Assembly (NCBI GenBank): GCA_044450345.1
Contig: JBIOIY010000012.1
Location: 1-52,949 of the forward strand
Direction of reading: 5' to 3'
Length of the DNA: 52,949 bases
DNA from: Thermodesulfovibrionales bacterium
Lineage (GTDB): Bacteria; Nitrospirota; Thermodesulfovibrionia; Thermodesulfovibrionales; UBA6898
This document shows positions 17,617-27,425 of the stretch, piece by piece. Both the position numbers and the translations under genes were made by a program. Under the pieces are notes generated by a model. It saw only the letters and a list, made by a program, of their open reading frames with translations, was not told where the DNA came from and searched no databases. Numbering within the stretch: position 1 is the first letter of the stretch; the number at the start of each line of letters is the position of its first letter.

Positions 17617-18033
17617 CTATTCCCCGACAATCTTGACCAGCACCCGCTTCCTGCGCCTGCCGTCGAACTCGCCGTAAAAAATCTGCTCCCAGGTGCCAAA
17701 GTCCAGCGAGCCTTTCGTGACGGCGACAACAACTTCTCTTCCCATGACCTGACGCTTCATGTGCGCGTCGGCGTTGTCCTCCCCTGTGTTATGGCGATAT
17801 TGAGAGACAGGGTCGTGGGGAGCGAGTTTTTCGAGCCAGACGTCATAATCATGATGAAGTCCCGGTTCGTCATCATTAATAAAAACGGATGCAGTGATAT
17901 GCATTGCGTTTACGAGCACGAGTCCTTCCTCAATACCGCTTTCCCTGAGGCATTCTTCGACTTGTGGCGTGATATTGATAAAGGCGCGTCGCGTCGGGAC
18001 CTCGAACCATAATTCCTTCCGATAGCTCTTCAT
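17617..18033 (-). CDS. yjbQ: YjbQ/UPF0047 protein
   Basis: [33 protein letters not shown]. Confidence 0.92.
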   Translation of the reverse strand: MKSYRKELWFEVPTRRAFINITPQVEECLRESGIEEGLVLVNAMHITASVFINDDEPGLHHDYDVWLEKLAPHDPVSQYRHNTGEDNADAHMKRQVMGREVVVAVTKGSLDFGTWEQIFYGEFDGRRRKRVLVKIVGE

Positions 18034-18213
18034 GAATGAAATAATAACAGCTCCCATGAATTGCTACAACATTATTTCTCCCCCCCGTATCAATCCGCCG
18101 GAACGGCAACTACATTCAACAATCCCCGATTTGTTGACAGTCCGCCCTTTTATTGATAGCGTGGAATTAATAGCATCTTTGCCTCTTAACAAATCTCTAA
18201 TAATTAGGAAACT

Positions 18214-19797
18214 ATGGGGAATGTCCTGATTTACTTTAGGATTTCTTTTTTCCCTCTGCTGTGGGTCTGCATCCTTGCGTCGGCAGCAGAACCCGCGTCC
18301 GGAGTCTCAGGTTCGTATGACAGGGGCGGGGCGCTCTTCGATCAGAAGTGCGCGCCGTGTCACGCGATCGGCGGCGGAAAAAAAATCGGACCTGACCTGA
18401 GTGGAGTAACGCAGAGGAGGGATAGAGATTGGCTCGTCAGATGGATCGACAAACCTGAAGAGATGATCGCTTCGGGAGACGCCACGGCAAAAGAGGTTGT
18501 GAAGGGATACGCGATCCGGATGCCTTCAGCCGGGCTTTCGAAGGAGGAGATCGCCGATGTGCTCAGTTACCTGGAATCCCAGAAGCCAAATATAAATCTT
18601 TCGACGCCGGCTGAGCTTAAAAAAGAAACGCGGGGCGAGATGTACTTTTCGACGCGGACCTACCTCCAATTTTACGAGGACGCGAGGGGAAACAGTTATG
18701 GGCCGTTATATGAAAGGGTGGACCTTGAAATGAAGGACAGGAGCGGGAAGTGGTGTTTCCGTTCCTCCGGGCTGGTACGGTATGACGTAAGGACACCGAA
18801 CAGTGATAAAAGAGAGATGGACGAGCTCACCTACGCGTTTTTGACCTATGCACCTTCGGACCATGGCCCGGTCTTCAAGATCGGAAGATATTATGTGTTC
18901 GAAGGGGTGGCGGCGGACCATATAGACGGCATCCATTCTTTATGGGAGATCACGCCCGCAACAGGTTTTTCAGTATACGGAGGAAGGCCGGTCGAGACGG
19001 AGTTTGACGGAAAGCGGGGAGATTACGTTTACGGCGGCCGGGTGTATCAGAGGATCGAAAAGACGGCCGAGGTAGGCGCCTCTTTTTTGAAGGAGGACAA
19101 CGATGGGCGGCGGTTCAGGGAGGAACTCGGGCTGGATGTCTGGCTCCTTCCGATGAAAAGCCTGGAGCTTCAGGGGCATTCGTTCTGGAACAATATCACC
19201 AAGGGATGGATGGAGCATTCCTACACTATCCGTGTTCCCCTGCAAAGAGCGATCATCATATCCGGCTTGTTCGGGCAATCGACATATAGCAATGCCTTTT
19301 CAGCCAGGACCCTGAGCGCTTTTTCGCCCGACCTTCTTGGGCAGGATGAAGGGTTGACAAAGTTAGGCGCCTCGGCGGAATTACCCCTCGGCAGGGGGGT
19401 CTCGACGATCATCAATTACACCGGATATGGGTATAAGAAATCCGGGGATGCAAGGTACTACGGCACAACGGTTACAACGGGGTCGAAGTTCATATCGGCG
19501 GGCATTTCTCTTCACAGGATGGACGGGGAAGTGGAGAGACTTCGCTATCTGGAACTACGCGCTTATGTTAAAAAGAGTTTCCACAAAATGAGTTTTGTGA
19601 TCGATGCGATAGACCTTCATTACGATCTCCCGATCAGCGGACTCAAAAACGCATATTCGGTCAGCGGGACAGCAACATATAAGATCGATAATTCTTTCAG
19701 TGCCGGTACCGATGTCGTGTACAGCAAAAACCCTGATTTCACGCATACCACGATGGTACTGCTGAAGCTTGTGTATAACTTCAGAAAGGACCTGTGA
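18214..19797 (+). CDS. Class I cytochrome c domain fused to a putative outer-membrane beta-barrel
   Basis: Signal peptide, CAPCH..GPDL..MP; then about 390 aa of alternating aromatic beta-strands ending LVYNF. Confidence 0.7.
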   Translation: MGNVLIYFRISFFPLLWVCILASAAEPASGVSGSYDRGGALFDQKCAPCHAIGGGKKIGPDLSGVTQRRDRDWLVRWIDKPEEMIASGDATAKEVVKGYAIRMPSAGLSKEEIADVLSYLESQKPNINLSTPAELKKETRGEMYFSTRTYLQFYEDARGNSYGPLYERVDLEMKDRSGKWCFRSSGLVRYDVRTPNSDKREMDELTYAFLTYAPSDHGPVFKIGRYYVFEGVAADHIDGIHSLWEITPATGFSVYGGRPVETEFDGKRGDYVYGGRVYQRIEKTAEVGASFLKEDNDGRRFREELGLDVWLLPMKSLELQGHSFWNNITKGWMEHSYTIRVPLQRAIIISGLFGQSTYSNAFSARTLSAFSPDLLGQDEGLTKLGASAELPLGRGVSTIINYTGYGYKKSGDARYYGTTVTTGSKFISAGISLHRMDGEVERLRYLELRAYVKKSFHKMSFVIDAIDLHYDLPISGLKNAYSVSGTATYKIDNSFSAGTDVVYSKNPDFTHTTMVLLKLVYNFRKDL

Positions 19798-19798
19798 C

Positions 19799-20281
19799 AT
19801 GAAAAACGTTAATGACAAAAAATATTTCTTCCTAATCGTGTTCTTGGCTGCCCTTTTCTTCGGAGACGGCATGCCGGAACCGCATGCAGAAGAATTGAAG
19901 ATAACCGGCAGGCATCCGATAGAGCTTTCCGGAAAGCCGGTCTGCACGGAATGCCACGGTGTTGACACGGAAGTTGTCCTGAGGCCTGTAGCTGCCTTCA
20001 ATCATGAAGGCGACTGGATCGAGAGACACAGGTTCCTCGCATCGAAGATCACCAGGCTCTGCGATGTGTGTCACAATGTCTCTTTTTGTACCGACTGCCA
20101 CGCCTATAAGGAGACACTGAAACCGAGCGATAAGCACTCTGATTCTCCGGATAGGTGGCTTCCGCACCGGGGAGATTATATCTTTCAGCACAGGATCGAC
20201 GGCAGGCTCGACCCGACGAGCTGCTTCCGCTGCCACAGCAGGCAGAACAACGAGATATGCAGGAGATGTCACAAGGGATGA
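19799..20281 (+). CDS. Exported pentaheme cytochrome c
   Basis: CTECH, CDVCH, CTDCH, CFRCH, CRRCH; signal peptide. Confidence 0.88.
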   Translation: MKNVNDKKYFFLIVFLAALFFGDGMPEPHAEELKITGRHPIELSGKPVCTECHGVDTEVVLRPVAAFNHEGDWIERHRFLASKITRLCDVCHNVSFCTDCHAYKETLKPSDKHSDSPDRWLPHRGDYIFQHRIDGRLDPTSCFRCHSRQNNEICRRCHKG

Positions 20282-20970
20282 AAGGGATGGTCTGTATATT
20301 TGTCTTGATCGCGCTGGTCCTGCCGGGATGCGGGAGCGGTTCTGATCCCGGAAAGGTCTTTGTCCCGGGCCAGGGACATCCGGGGAACTGGGCGGCCCCC
20401 TTGTTCATCGGCAGGCCTGATTTTCACGGTACGTCGATAAAGGAGATACCGGACGGTCCTACCGGTTCGGCCCTTTTTCTCCGGCACTGTGCCGCCTGCC
20501 ATGGGGAGGATGGGAAGGGGAAGATCGGGGGAGGTATCCAGGGGATGCCGGTCTCTTTTATTACGGCGGCAATAAACACGATACCATTGATGAGCGGTCA
20601 TTCCATTCTCAGCGAGAAGTACCGGGAGGACATCGCCGCATATCTCGCGGCGCTTGCACAAAATGAGGCCCCGATATCAGCCGTGATAAATACCGGTCTC
20701 TGTGAGGAGTGCCACGCGCAAGACCTGAGCGGGGGTGTTTCGCGGGTGAGCTGTTTTTCATGCCATAAAGGTCCGAGAGGCGACATAGGTCATCCCCCCG
20801 GATGGACCACAGGAAAAGATGATCCGGTGCTTTTCCATGGGAGGTACGGGAAAGATTTTGTTGTATCGTGCACCGCCTGTCACGGCACTGATCTTTTGGG
20901 CGGGATCGGTCCGAGGTGCGTAGCATGTCACGATGGGAAGACGGCGCCTCTACTGAGCGTCTTTCCTTGA
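20278..20970 (+). CDS. Pentaheme lipoprotein cytochrome c
   Basis: Lipobox LPGC; CAACH, CEECH, CFSCH, CTACH, CVACH. Confidence 0.85.
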   Translation: MKGMVCIFVLIALVLPGCGSGSDPGKVFVPGQGHPGNWAAPLFIGRPDFHGTSIKEIPDGPTGSALFLRHCAACHGEDGKGKIGGGIQGMPVSFITAAINTIPLMSGHSILSEKYREDIAAYLAALAQNEAPISAVINTGLCEECHAQDLSGGVSRVSCFSCHKGPRGDIGHPPGWTTGKDDPVLFHGRYGKDFVVSCTACHGTDLLGGIGPRCVACHDGKTAPLLSVFP

Positions 20971-21084
20971 ATTAGAAGGACGGAAGGTAAGGAGAAAGAG
21001 GAGGTGGCAATAAAATCGTATCCTTTCGATAAACCCTGTCCGTGGAAGGGACAACATGCATTTATTGAGCTATGGAGGTGTCAG

Positions 21085-22629
21085 ATGAAAAAGGTGTTTG
21101 TATCAGTTCTTGTGGTCAGTGTTTTTATCTTTTTGCTCAGCACTGCAGCCTTTGCAGCAACGGTGCCTGTCTCGATAGTGGATTTCGCCTTTTCGCCACA
21201 AAATATTACCATTGAAGTCGGTGATACGGTCGTCTGGACGAACAACGGCGCTTTTCCCCATACCACGACAAGCGGGACAAACTTTCCGACAGGCAACGGG
21301 ATATGGGACTCGCACGTCTTATCGCCGGGGCAATTCTTTCCGTTCACCTTTACTCAGCCGGGGCTTTACCCTTACTTTTGTTCGATCCACGGTTTCACCG
21401 GGGGCATTACGGTCAACGCCCCTACATTGCCTATGCCGTTGGGTCGTCATACCACGGAGTTTCCGGCCTTTCCGGCCCCGGCGCTGAGTACAATCAGAGA
21501 CGATTCGCGGCCGATAGCAGTCGGTCAGATCGCCACAGGTGGAAGCACTCTAACGGTCCAGGTCGGCATCGAACAATATGCCGTTGCTGTGGATATGTTT
21601 CTCGCTTTTTTGGTTTCCAACGACCCCCGGACGATCGTGAATGTCATGCCGGACCATTCTTTCCAAAGGTTCCCGCGCGCCGATATCGGAACTGCATTGG
21701 CCACCGGACAGCCGCCTTCAGGCATGGTGCCCTGGATGTCTAACGTCACAGCGCCGGTGAATGCGACCATCTTTGCAGATCGCCCTGTCTCCGGCATCCC
21801 GCCCGGGAAATATACGGTTTTTCTCCTGGTGGCCCCCCACGGCGGAGGTCTGACCAACTTCGACCTCTACCGTACGGATTTTACGATCGGGGTCCCGATA
21901 ACAACCGTGCTCAGCGGGGCACAGGAAGTGCCGCCTGTCACAACGACGGCGACCGCTACAGCAAACTTTGCGGTTAATTTCGATACCGGCGTGGTCAAAG
22001 GCACGATTGCCTTCAGCGGGCTGACGAGCGCGGCAACTGAAGCGCATTTCCATCAGGCGGCCGCGGGGGTGCCCGGCCCGGTTATCCTTGCGCTGACGGG
22101 CGGCGCCGGATCGACATCCGGCGTATGGACCATCTCCGGGACATTTACCCCTGCAGATCTTGCAGCGTTGAGAAGCGACGGGCTCTATCTGAATATCCAC
22201 TCCGCTAACTTCCTCAACGGCGAGATACGCGGGCAGGTATCTTTTCCTGATATTGCCTTTGAAACGACTCTTGACGGCAGCCAGGAAGTCCCGCCGACAG
22301 GGTCTTCTGCAAGTGGCGTTGCAAATTATACAGTCAATATAAACACCGGCGCGGTCAGCGGCACGGTGGCCTTCAGCGGGCTGACGAGCGCGGCAACTGA
22401 AGCGCATTTCCATCAGGCAGCCGCGGGGGTGCCCGGCCCGGTGATCCTCGCGCTGACAGGCGGCGCCGGATCGACGTCCGGAGTATGGACCATATCGGGG
22501 ACATTTACCCCTGCAGACCTTACGGCCCTGGGCAGTGACGGGCTCTATCTGAATATCCATTCCGTCAACTTCCTAAATGGCGAGATAAGGGGCCAGGTAT
22601 ACTACCCGCCCGGCGTACCTCTGCCTTAG
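21085..22629 (+). CDS. Exported cupredoxin domain + two CHRD domains
   Basis: FSPQNITIEVGDTVVWTN..H..YFCSIH; two LSGAQEVPP..AHFH..LYLNIHS..GEIRGQ. Confidence 0.85.
   Translation: MKKVFVSVLVVSVFIFLLSTAAFAATVPVSIVDFAFSPQNITIEVGDTVVWTNNGAFPHTTTSGTNFPTGNGIWDSHVLSPGQFFPFTFTQPGLYPYFCSIHGFTGGITVNAPTLPMPLGRHTTEFPAFPAPALSTIRDDSRPIAVGQIATGGSTLTVQVGIEQYAVAVDMFLAFLVSNDPRTIVNVMPDHSFQRFPRADIGTALATGQPPSGMVPWMSNVTAPVNATIFADRPVSGIPPGKYTVFLLVAPHGGGLTNFDLYRTDFTIGVPITTVLSGAQEVPPVTTTATATANFAVNFDTGVVKGTIAFSGLTSAATEAHFHQAAAGVPGPVILALTGGAGSTSGVWTISGTFTPADLAALRSDGLYLNIHSANFLNGEIRGQVSFPDIAFETTLDGSQEVPPTGSSASGVANYTVNINTGAVSGTVAFSGLTSAATEAHFHQAAAGVPGPVILALTGGAGSTSGVWTISGTFTPADLTALGSDGLYLNIHSVNFLNGEIRGQVYYPPGVPLP
22009..22600 (+). 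repeat. Near-identical internal duplication (360-bp period) encoding the CHRD domains
   Basis: About 22009-22240 repeats at about 22369-22600. Confidence 0.9.
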
Positions 22630-22644
22630 TTTACTCAACTGCCT

Positions 22645-22680
22645 GCCGCGGAGGGGGGCTTATTTCCCCCTCTCCGCGGC
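22645..22680. terminator. GC-rich hairpin after the cupredoxin-CHRD gene
   Basis: gccgcggagggggg / cccctctccgcggc; no clear U-tract. Confidence 0.55.
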
Positions 22681-22771
22681 GCAATACCTACAATCCATTA
22701 TCCGGAGACCTGCGCGATGCCCGAGCGGTTAGATTTGACTGGGACAGAGGATAGGGATTATCATATTTTCC

Positions 22772-24028
22772 ATGCTTCCACCCGAAAGACAATTAGAGGT
22801 TATCAAGAGGGGCGCGGTCGAGATAATCAGCGAAAAAGATCTCCTCGACAAGCTCGAACGTTCTTATAAGGGAAATAAGCCGCTCAGGATAAAGGCGGGT
22901 TTCGATCCGACTGCGCCGGACATACATCTCGGTCATACGGTGCTGCTCGAAAAGATGCGTCAGTTCCAGGACCTTGGCCATGAAGTGATCTTTCTTATCG
23001 GCGACTTTACCGGCATGATAGGGGACCCTACAGGAAAGAGCGAGACGAGAAAGCCCCTTACGAAGGAAGAGGTGCTGAAGAATGCCGAGACGTATAAGAC
23101 ACAGGTATTCAAGGTGCTCGACCCGGTGAGGACACAGATACGTTTCAACAGTGAATGGCTCGGCAAGATGGACAGCATGGAGATCGTCAGGCTCGGCGCG
23201 ATGCAGACGGTCGCAAGGATGCTCGAGAGGGACGATTTCAAAAAGAGGTTCAGAAACCAACAGGACATCAGCATACTGGAATTCTATTATCCGCTTTTCC
23301 AGGCCTACGACTCTGTGGCCCTAAGGGCGGACGTGGAGCTCGGCGGCACCGATCAGAAATTCAACCTCCTTATGGGCAGGACCGTGCAGAGGAAGATGGA
23401 TACCGAGGAGCAGGTCGTGATCATGATGCCTCTCCTTGAAGGCCTCGACGGCGTGAACAAAATGTCTAAGAGCCTCGGCAATTACATAGGCATAGATGAA
23501 CCCGCACTCGAATTCGTCAATGGAGAACTGACCGGGATGTTCAAAAAGGTGATGAGCCTGCCGGATGAACTCATAGAACGCTATTATGAACTCCTGAGCC
23601 GGATTTCCGTAGAAGAATTCGCCTCGCTCAGGGAGAAGTTGAAGAGCAGGGAGAAGGACCCCCGGGACGCTAAAAAGGAACTCGCCATGGAGATCGTGAC
23701 GAGGTATCACGGCCCGGACGAGGCTCAAAGAGCTTTTAAGGAATATGAGAAATTGCAGACAAAGGAAATGCCGGACGATATCCCTGAAATGATAGTCGCG
23801 GTCGGCGATGCGGCGGACGAAGCAAAAAGGAGAATCAGCTGGCTACCCCAGATAATGAAAGATACGGGACTGGCTAAGAGCACTAGCGAGGCGATTAGAC
23901 TCATTAAACAAGGTGGCGTGAAAGTTAACGATGTTGTCGTCAGTGATTCAGACACAAAACTTCAACTGGGCGAACATATCATTAAAGTCGGCAAGAGAAA
24001 ATTTTACAAAGTGGTCATAACTCCTTAG
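22772..24028 (+). CDS. tyrS: Tyrosine-tRNA ligase
   Basis: [24 protein letters not shown]-terminal S4 domain. Confidence 0.97.
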   Translation: MLPPERQLEVIKRGAVEIISEKDLLDKLERSYKGNKPLRIKAGFDPTAPDIHLGHTVLLEKMRQFQDLGHEVIFLIGDFTGMIGDPTGKSETRKPLTKEEVLKNAETYKTQVFKVLDPVRTQIRFNSEWLGKMDSMEIVRLGAMQTVARMLERDDFKKRFRNQQDISILEFYYPLFQAYDSVALRADVELGGTDQKFNLLMGRTVQRKMDTEEQVVIMMPLLEGLDGVNKMSKSLGNYIGIDEPALEFVNGELTGMFKKVMSLPDELIERYYELLSRISVEEFASLREKLKSREKDPRDAKKELAMEIVTRYHGPDEAQRAFKEYEKLQTKEMPDDIPEMIVAVGDAADEAKRRISWLPQIMKDTGLAKSTSEAIRLIKQGGVKVNDVVVSDSDTKLQLGEHIIKVGKRKFYKVVITP

Positions 24029-24066
24029 GCACGATGACGACATAACTTCCCGCGCTCATTCTCGGC

Positions 24067-24163
24067 TGTCATTCCGGCTTGTCCTGAATCTTTCTTAATT
24101 CCTCAGAAGGATTCCCGGCCTCCCGATCCCGAAAGCGTTCGGGCCGGGATTGCGGGAATGACA
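24067..24163. repeat. REP-like palindromic element with nested hairpin
   Basis: TGTCATTCC...GGAATGACA ends; inner cccgaa-agcg-ttcggg. Confidence 0.8.
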
Positions 24164-24233
24164 ACTTTGCTGGTGTCCTAAGTGAGTTAACTTACGATAG
24201 CCGAACAAGTCTGATCTCTGATATAATTGCATC

Positions 24234-24905
24234 ATGATTGCACCCTACGAGATTATTTTTAAACTCCTGCTCGGCACGCTCCTCGGAGGCATTATAGGGT
24301 TTGAGCGCCAGACCCACGGACGGGCTGCCGGTTTCAGGACCCAGCTGCTCGTCTGCGTCGCATGCGTACTGATCATGATCATCTCAGAGAGTTATTATGC
24401 AAAAAGTGCAGTAAACCCTGAATTTACCAGGATCGACCCGACGAGGATCGCGGCCGGTGCTATGACAGGCGTCGGCTTTCTCGGCGCAGGCGTCATACTC
24501 AAGACCGGTCTTTCGGTACAGGGGCTCACCACCGCCGCATGCATATGGATCGTCTCTGCGATAGGACTTGCGATCGGCGCCGGGCAATATCTTGCGGGCA
24601 TCTCGGGGTTTGCGATCACTTTTCTCTCTCTCTGGGGCCTCCGCATCCTGGAGGTGAGGATGCCGCGACTGACATACCGGTATATTACTATGGTGACCGA
24701 CCAGTCAGCCGATGTGAAGATGGTGACCTCGCCCTTTGAGAAGAGAGGGTTTGAGATAGTAAAGATGGACTACGCGATTGAGTTCCTCGAAAAAGAGAAG
24801 AAGTTCATCTTTACGGTATCGACAAAAAACGATATCTCGATAAAAGAAGTAATCGACGACGTCTCCGGACTGAATGGCATAAAAAGGATCGAAATCAAAA
24901 GCTGA
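24234..24905 (+). CDS. MgtC/SapB family protein
   Basis: IGFER, AGFRT, DPTRIAA, GFLGAG, GLTTAA. Confidence 0.92.
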   Translation: MIAPYEIIFKLLLGTLLGGIIGFERQTHGRAAGFRTQLLVCVACVLIMIISESYYAKSAVNPEFTRIDPTRIAAGAMTGVGFLGAGVILKTGLSVQGLTTAACIWIVSAIGLAIGAGQYLAGISGFAITFLSLWGLRILEVRMPRLTYRYITMVTDQSADVKMVTSPFEKRGFEIVKMDYAIEFLEKEKKFIFTVSTKNDISIKEVIDDVSGLNGIKRIEIKS

Positions 24906-24937
24906 GTTTTAGTGTATTCCCCTTTTGGAAACCATAA

Positions 24938-25028
24938 CTCCCCTTAACCCCCTCTTATCTTTTCTCCTCGGCGAATCCGCCTGAGTGCGGAAAGAGGGGG
25001 AAAGGCGCCATGCCTGCCGGTAGGCAGG
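24938..25028. repeat. Nested palindromic elements
   Basis: ccccctctt/aagaggggg enclosing ttctcctcggcgaa and tccgc..gcgga; then cctgcc-ggta-ggcagg. Confidence 0.7.
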
Positions 25029-25041
25029 GAGCCTGGGGGCG

Positions 25042-25590
25042 TTATTTAAGGCCGCTTTTAGCAAGTTCAATAAGCCCGTATATCTTCATGTCGATAAAAT
25101 CGCCTGCTTTTTGCCTCAAGGCAAGCTCCGAAATTACTCCGGTCAGGGGCACTCTAAGTACTTCGATATCTTCTGTTTCGTCTCGCTTTCCGATCCCTAC
25201 ATGGTTGAGGCCGGTGGCCGCGAAGGCCGAAAGCATTTCCGACGACAGTCCTGAGGACAGCGGCCCTTTCGTCAGGAAAGTCAGTTTCTCCGCGGAATAG
25301 CCGGTCTCTTCAATAAGCTCTCTTCGGGCCGCATCTTCGAGTGTCTCGCCGGGGTCGCAGAGTCCGGCCGGCAGTTCGATTACATATCCATTCACGGGCG
25401 GCCGGAACTGGCGAATCAATATCACCTCCCCCTCCTCGGTGAAAGGAACGACCCCGACAATACCGTCACAGCCCACTCGCTCGACAGTTTCCCATCGTCG
25501 CAGCATGCCCTCAACTCCGTCTGAATACTCCACATCGACGACCCTGAGAAATTTTCCTTCCCAAAGGATGGTTTTTCCGGTCACCTTCAC
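25042..25590 (-). CDS. NUDIX hydrolase (ADP-ribose pyrophosphatase-like)
   Basis: RQFRPP, ELPAG..GE..AARRELIEETG. Confidence 0.92.
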   Translation of the reverse strand: MKVTGKTILWEGKFLRVVDVEYSDGVEGMLRRWETVERVGCDGIVGVVPFTEEGEVILIRQFRPPVNGYVIELPAGLCDPGETLEDAARRELIEETGYSAEKLTFLTKGPLSSGLSSEMLSAFAATGLNHVGIGKRDETEDIEVLRVPLTGVISELALRQKAGDFIDMKIYGLIELAKSGLK

Positions 25591-25603
25591 TGCGTAAGAC
25601 CTA

Positions 25604-26554
25604 TTAACAAAGGCTGAGCGCCTTCTTAAAAAGGCCGTCCATAGCCGAGGTCTCGTCCGCGATTTTTGTCAGAACAGCGGCCAGTTCTTTTTTGCCCAGG
25701 GACTCCGACTTTCTTGCCCAGTCCCGGTATGTCTTTTCGTGTTCTGAGTTGTGCTCCGCCCAGTGTTCGAGCAGATGGTGCAATTTCGCTATTTCATCCA
25801 TGTCTCCTCCTGATGATACCTTTCTTTCTTGCAGCGATAACGGCAGCTCAAGATTGTTTCCTTCGAGTAACTGCCTGTTCGACAGCATCTCCTTCGTCGG
25901 GCCGTCCGCGATGACACGCCCTTCTTTTATAATAACGCACCGCTTGCATACATCCAAAATGAGATCAAGGTCATGCGAAGCGATGATCTTTGTATGGTGA
26001 AAATGCCCCAGCAGGTTGATCAATGCCCTTCTCGCCTTCGGGTCGAGATGAGAGGCCGGCTCGTCCATGACCAGGATGTCAGGCTGCATGGCCAGGACCG
26101 TTGCAATGGCGACCGCGCTTTTCTGTCCCCCCGAGAGGTGATGCGGCGGCTTGTTACTGAGGCCCAGGCAGCCGACGGTTTCCAGCGCATCGTGGACACA
26201 TTCTCGGACCCTTTCGAGACTGAGTCCGAGATTGAGCGGGCCGAAGGCAACATCGTCGAACACTGTAGGCATGAATAGCTGGTCATCGGGGTTCTGAAAT
26301 ATAAGACCGACTTTCTTCCTGATTTCCTGGCGCGTTTTCTTGTCGAGCTTCAAGTCCCCGACAGTAATACTCCCCCGTTGGGGCATCAGGAACCCGTTTG
26401 TATGCATCAAGAGTGTCGACTTCCCCGAACCGTTTGCGCCTACGACGCCGACGGACTCGCCGTGGGTAATTCTCAGAGACAGGCCGTTCAGCGCCTTTGT
26501 CCCGTCAGGGTAGCAATAGTGGACGTCTTGAAATTCAACTATATGGTGACTCAT
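25604..26554 (-). CDS. cbiO: Ni/Co ECF transporter ATPase with in-frame His-rich C-terminal domain
   Basis: GANGSGKST, FQNPDDQLF, LSGG, MDEP; tail LHHLLEHWAEHNSEH with its own RBS/ATG at 25801. Confidence 0.88.
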   Translation of the reverse strand: MSHHIVEFQDVHYCYPDGTKALNGLSLRITHGESVGVVGANGSGKSTLLMHTNGFLMPQRGSITVGDLKLDKKTRQEIRKKVGLIFQNPDDQLFMPTVFDDVAFGPLNLGLSLERVRECVHDALETVGCLGLSNKPPHHLSGGQKSAVAIATVLAMQPDILVMDEPASHLDPKARRALINLLGHFHHTKIIASHDLDLILDVCKRCVIIKEGRVIADGPTKEMLSNRQLLEGNNLELPLSLQERKVSSGGDMDEIAKLHHLLEHWAEHNSEHEKTYRDWARKSESLGKKELAAVLTKIADETSAMDGLFKKALSLC

Positions 26555-26561
26555 CCCCTCC

Positions 26562-27365
26562 TCAGAAAGCCCCCGTCGAGAGTCTTCCGATGTAGCCGAC
26601 CACATCATGCATCCTGAAAAGATACAATGCACCGACAGCCGTGGCAAGGAAGGCGGCATCAATGGCTGAAAAGCTGCAGGTCCTTGTGGAATGAATCGTG
26701 CCGGTGAACCCGCGGCAGAGCATCGCAAGGTAGACCCGTTCAGCCCGTTCGATAGTCCTCAGGAAAAGTGTCCCGATGAGACTGATAAATGTCTTCATCC
26801 CCTTTCCTTTGTTTCCGAAGGAGCGCATGTCACGCGCTCTAACTGCCTTCATGGCCTCTTCCACCAGCACGAAGATGTAGCGGTAAAGAAACAGGAGCTG
26901 GGCCACGAATATATTCGGCATGCCGAGTTGCTGGAGTCCGTGGCATACACCGGGAAATGATGTTGTGGCGATGAGCAGCAAGGCAGATGTTATCGTGAGG
27001 AAGAATTTCAGCATGATCGAAAGGAATGAGACCCATCCCCCCGAGATCGTGAACCCGGAGAAGACATAGAAGGCTTGGCGGTCAAGCAAGGGGTTGAAGA
27101 TCCCGACGAAGAAGGCAAATGATGATACAAGGAGCACCTTTTTAAGGATGAATTTTACCGGGATGTCCGAAAGGGTAAAAAGAAGGACAGGGAAGAGAAA
27201 GAAAGGCAGCAATCCGGAGATCTCATATTTGGGAAAAGACACAACTGTTACGATGAATGCTAAAGTTGCCAGCAGTTTTGTTCTTGGGTCGAGTCTGTGG
27301 ATGAGCGTGTCTTTGTAAGACAAAGTGTCGAGATAGCCCAGGTTGAAATATTCGTTGTCAAACAT
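26562..27365 (-). CDS. cbiQ: Ni/Co ECF transporter T component
   Basis: HRLDPRTK, YRY, RAERVYLAMLCRGF. Confidence 0.92.
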   Translation of the reverse strand: MFDNEYFNLGYLDTLSYKDTLIHRLDPRTKLLATLAFIVTVVSFPKYEISGLLPFFLFPVLLFTLSDIPVKFILKKVLLVSSFAFFVGIFNPLLDRQAFYVFSGFTISGGWVSFLSIMLKFFLTITSALLLIATTSFPGVCHGLQQLGMPNIFVAQLLFLYRYIFVLVEEAMKAVRARDMRSFGNKGKGMKTFISLIGTLFLRTIERAERVYLAMLCRGFTGTIHSTRTCSFSAIDAAFLATAVGALYLFRMHDVVGYIGRLSTGAF

Positions 27366-27425
27366 GAGGATACCTTATCATCAGAGGAGACGTCATCATA
27401 AGGGAAAAAGGCTGATTATTTCCTG

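Noticed and set aside
20971..21084. Possible cyclic dinucleotide riboswitch before the cupredoxin gene
   Set aside because: Only scattered similarity; the P1/P2 architecture could not be built
22009..22600. Long direct repeat as mobile element or CRISPR
   Set aside because: In-frame CHRD domain duplication
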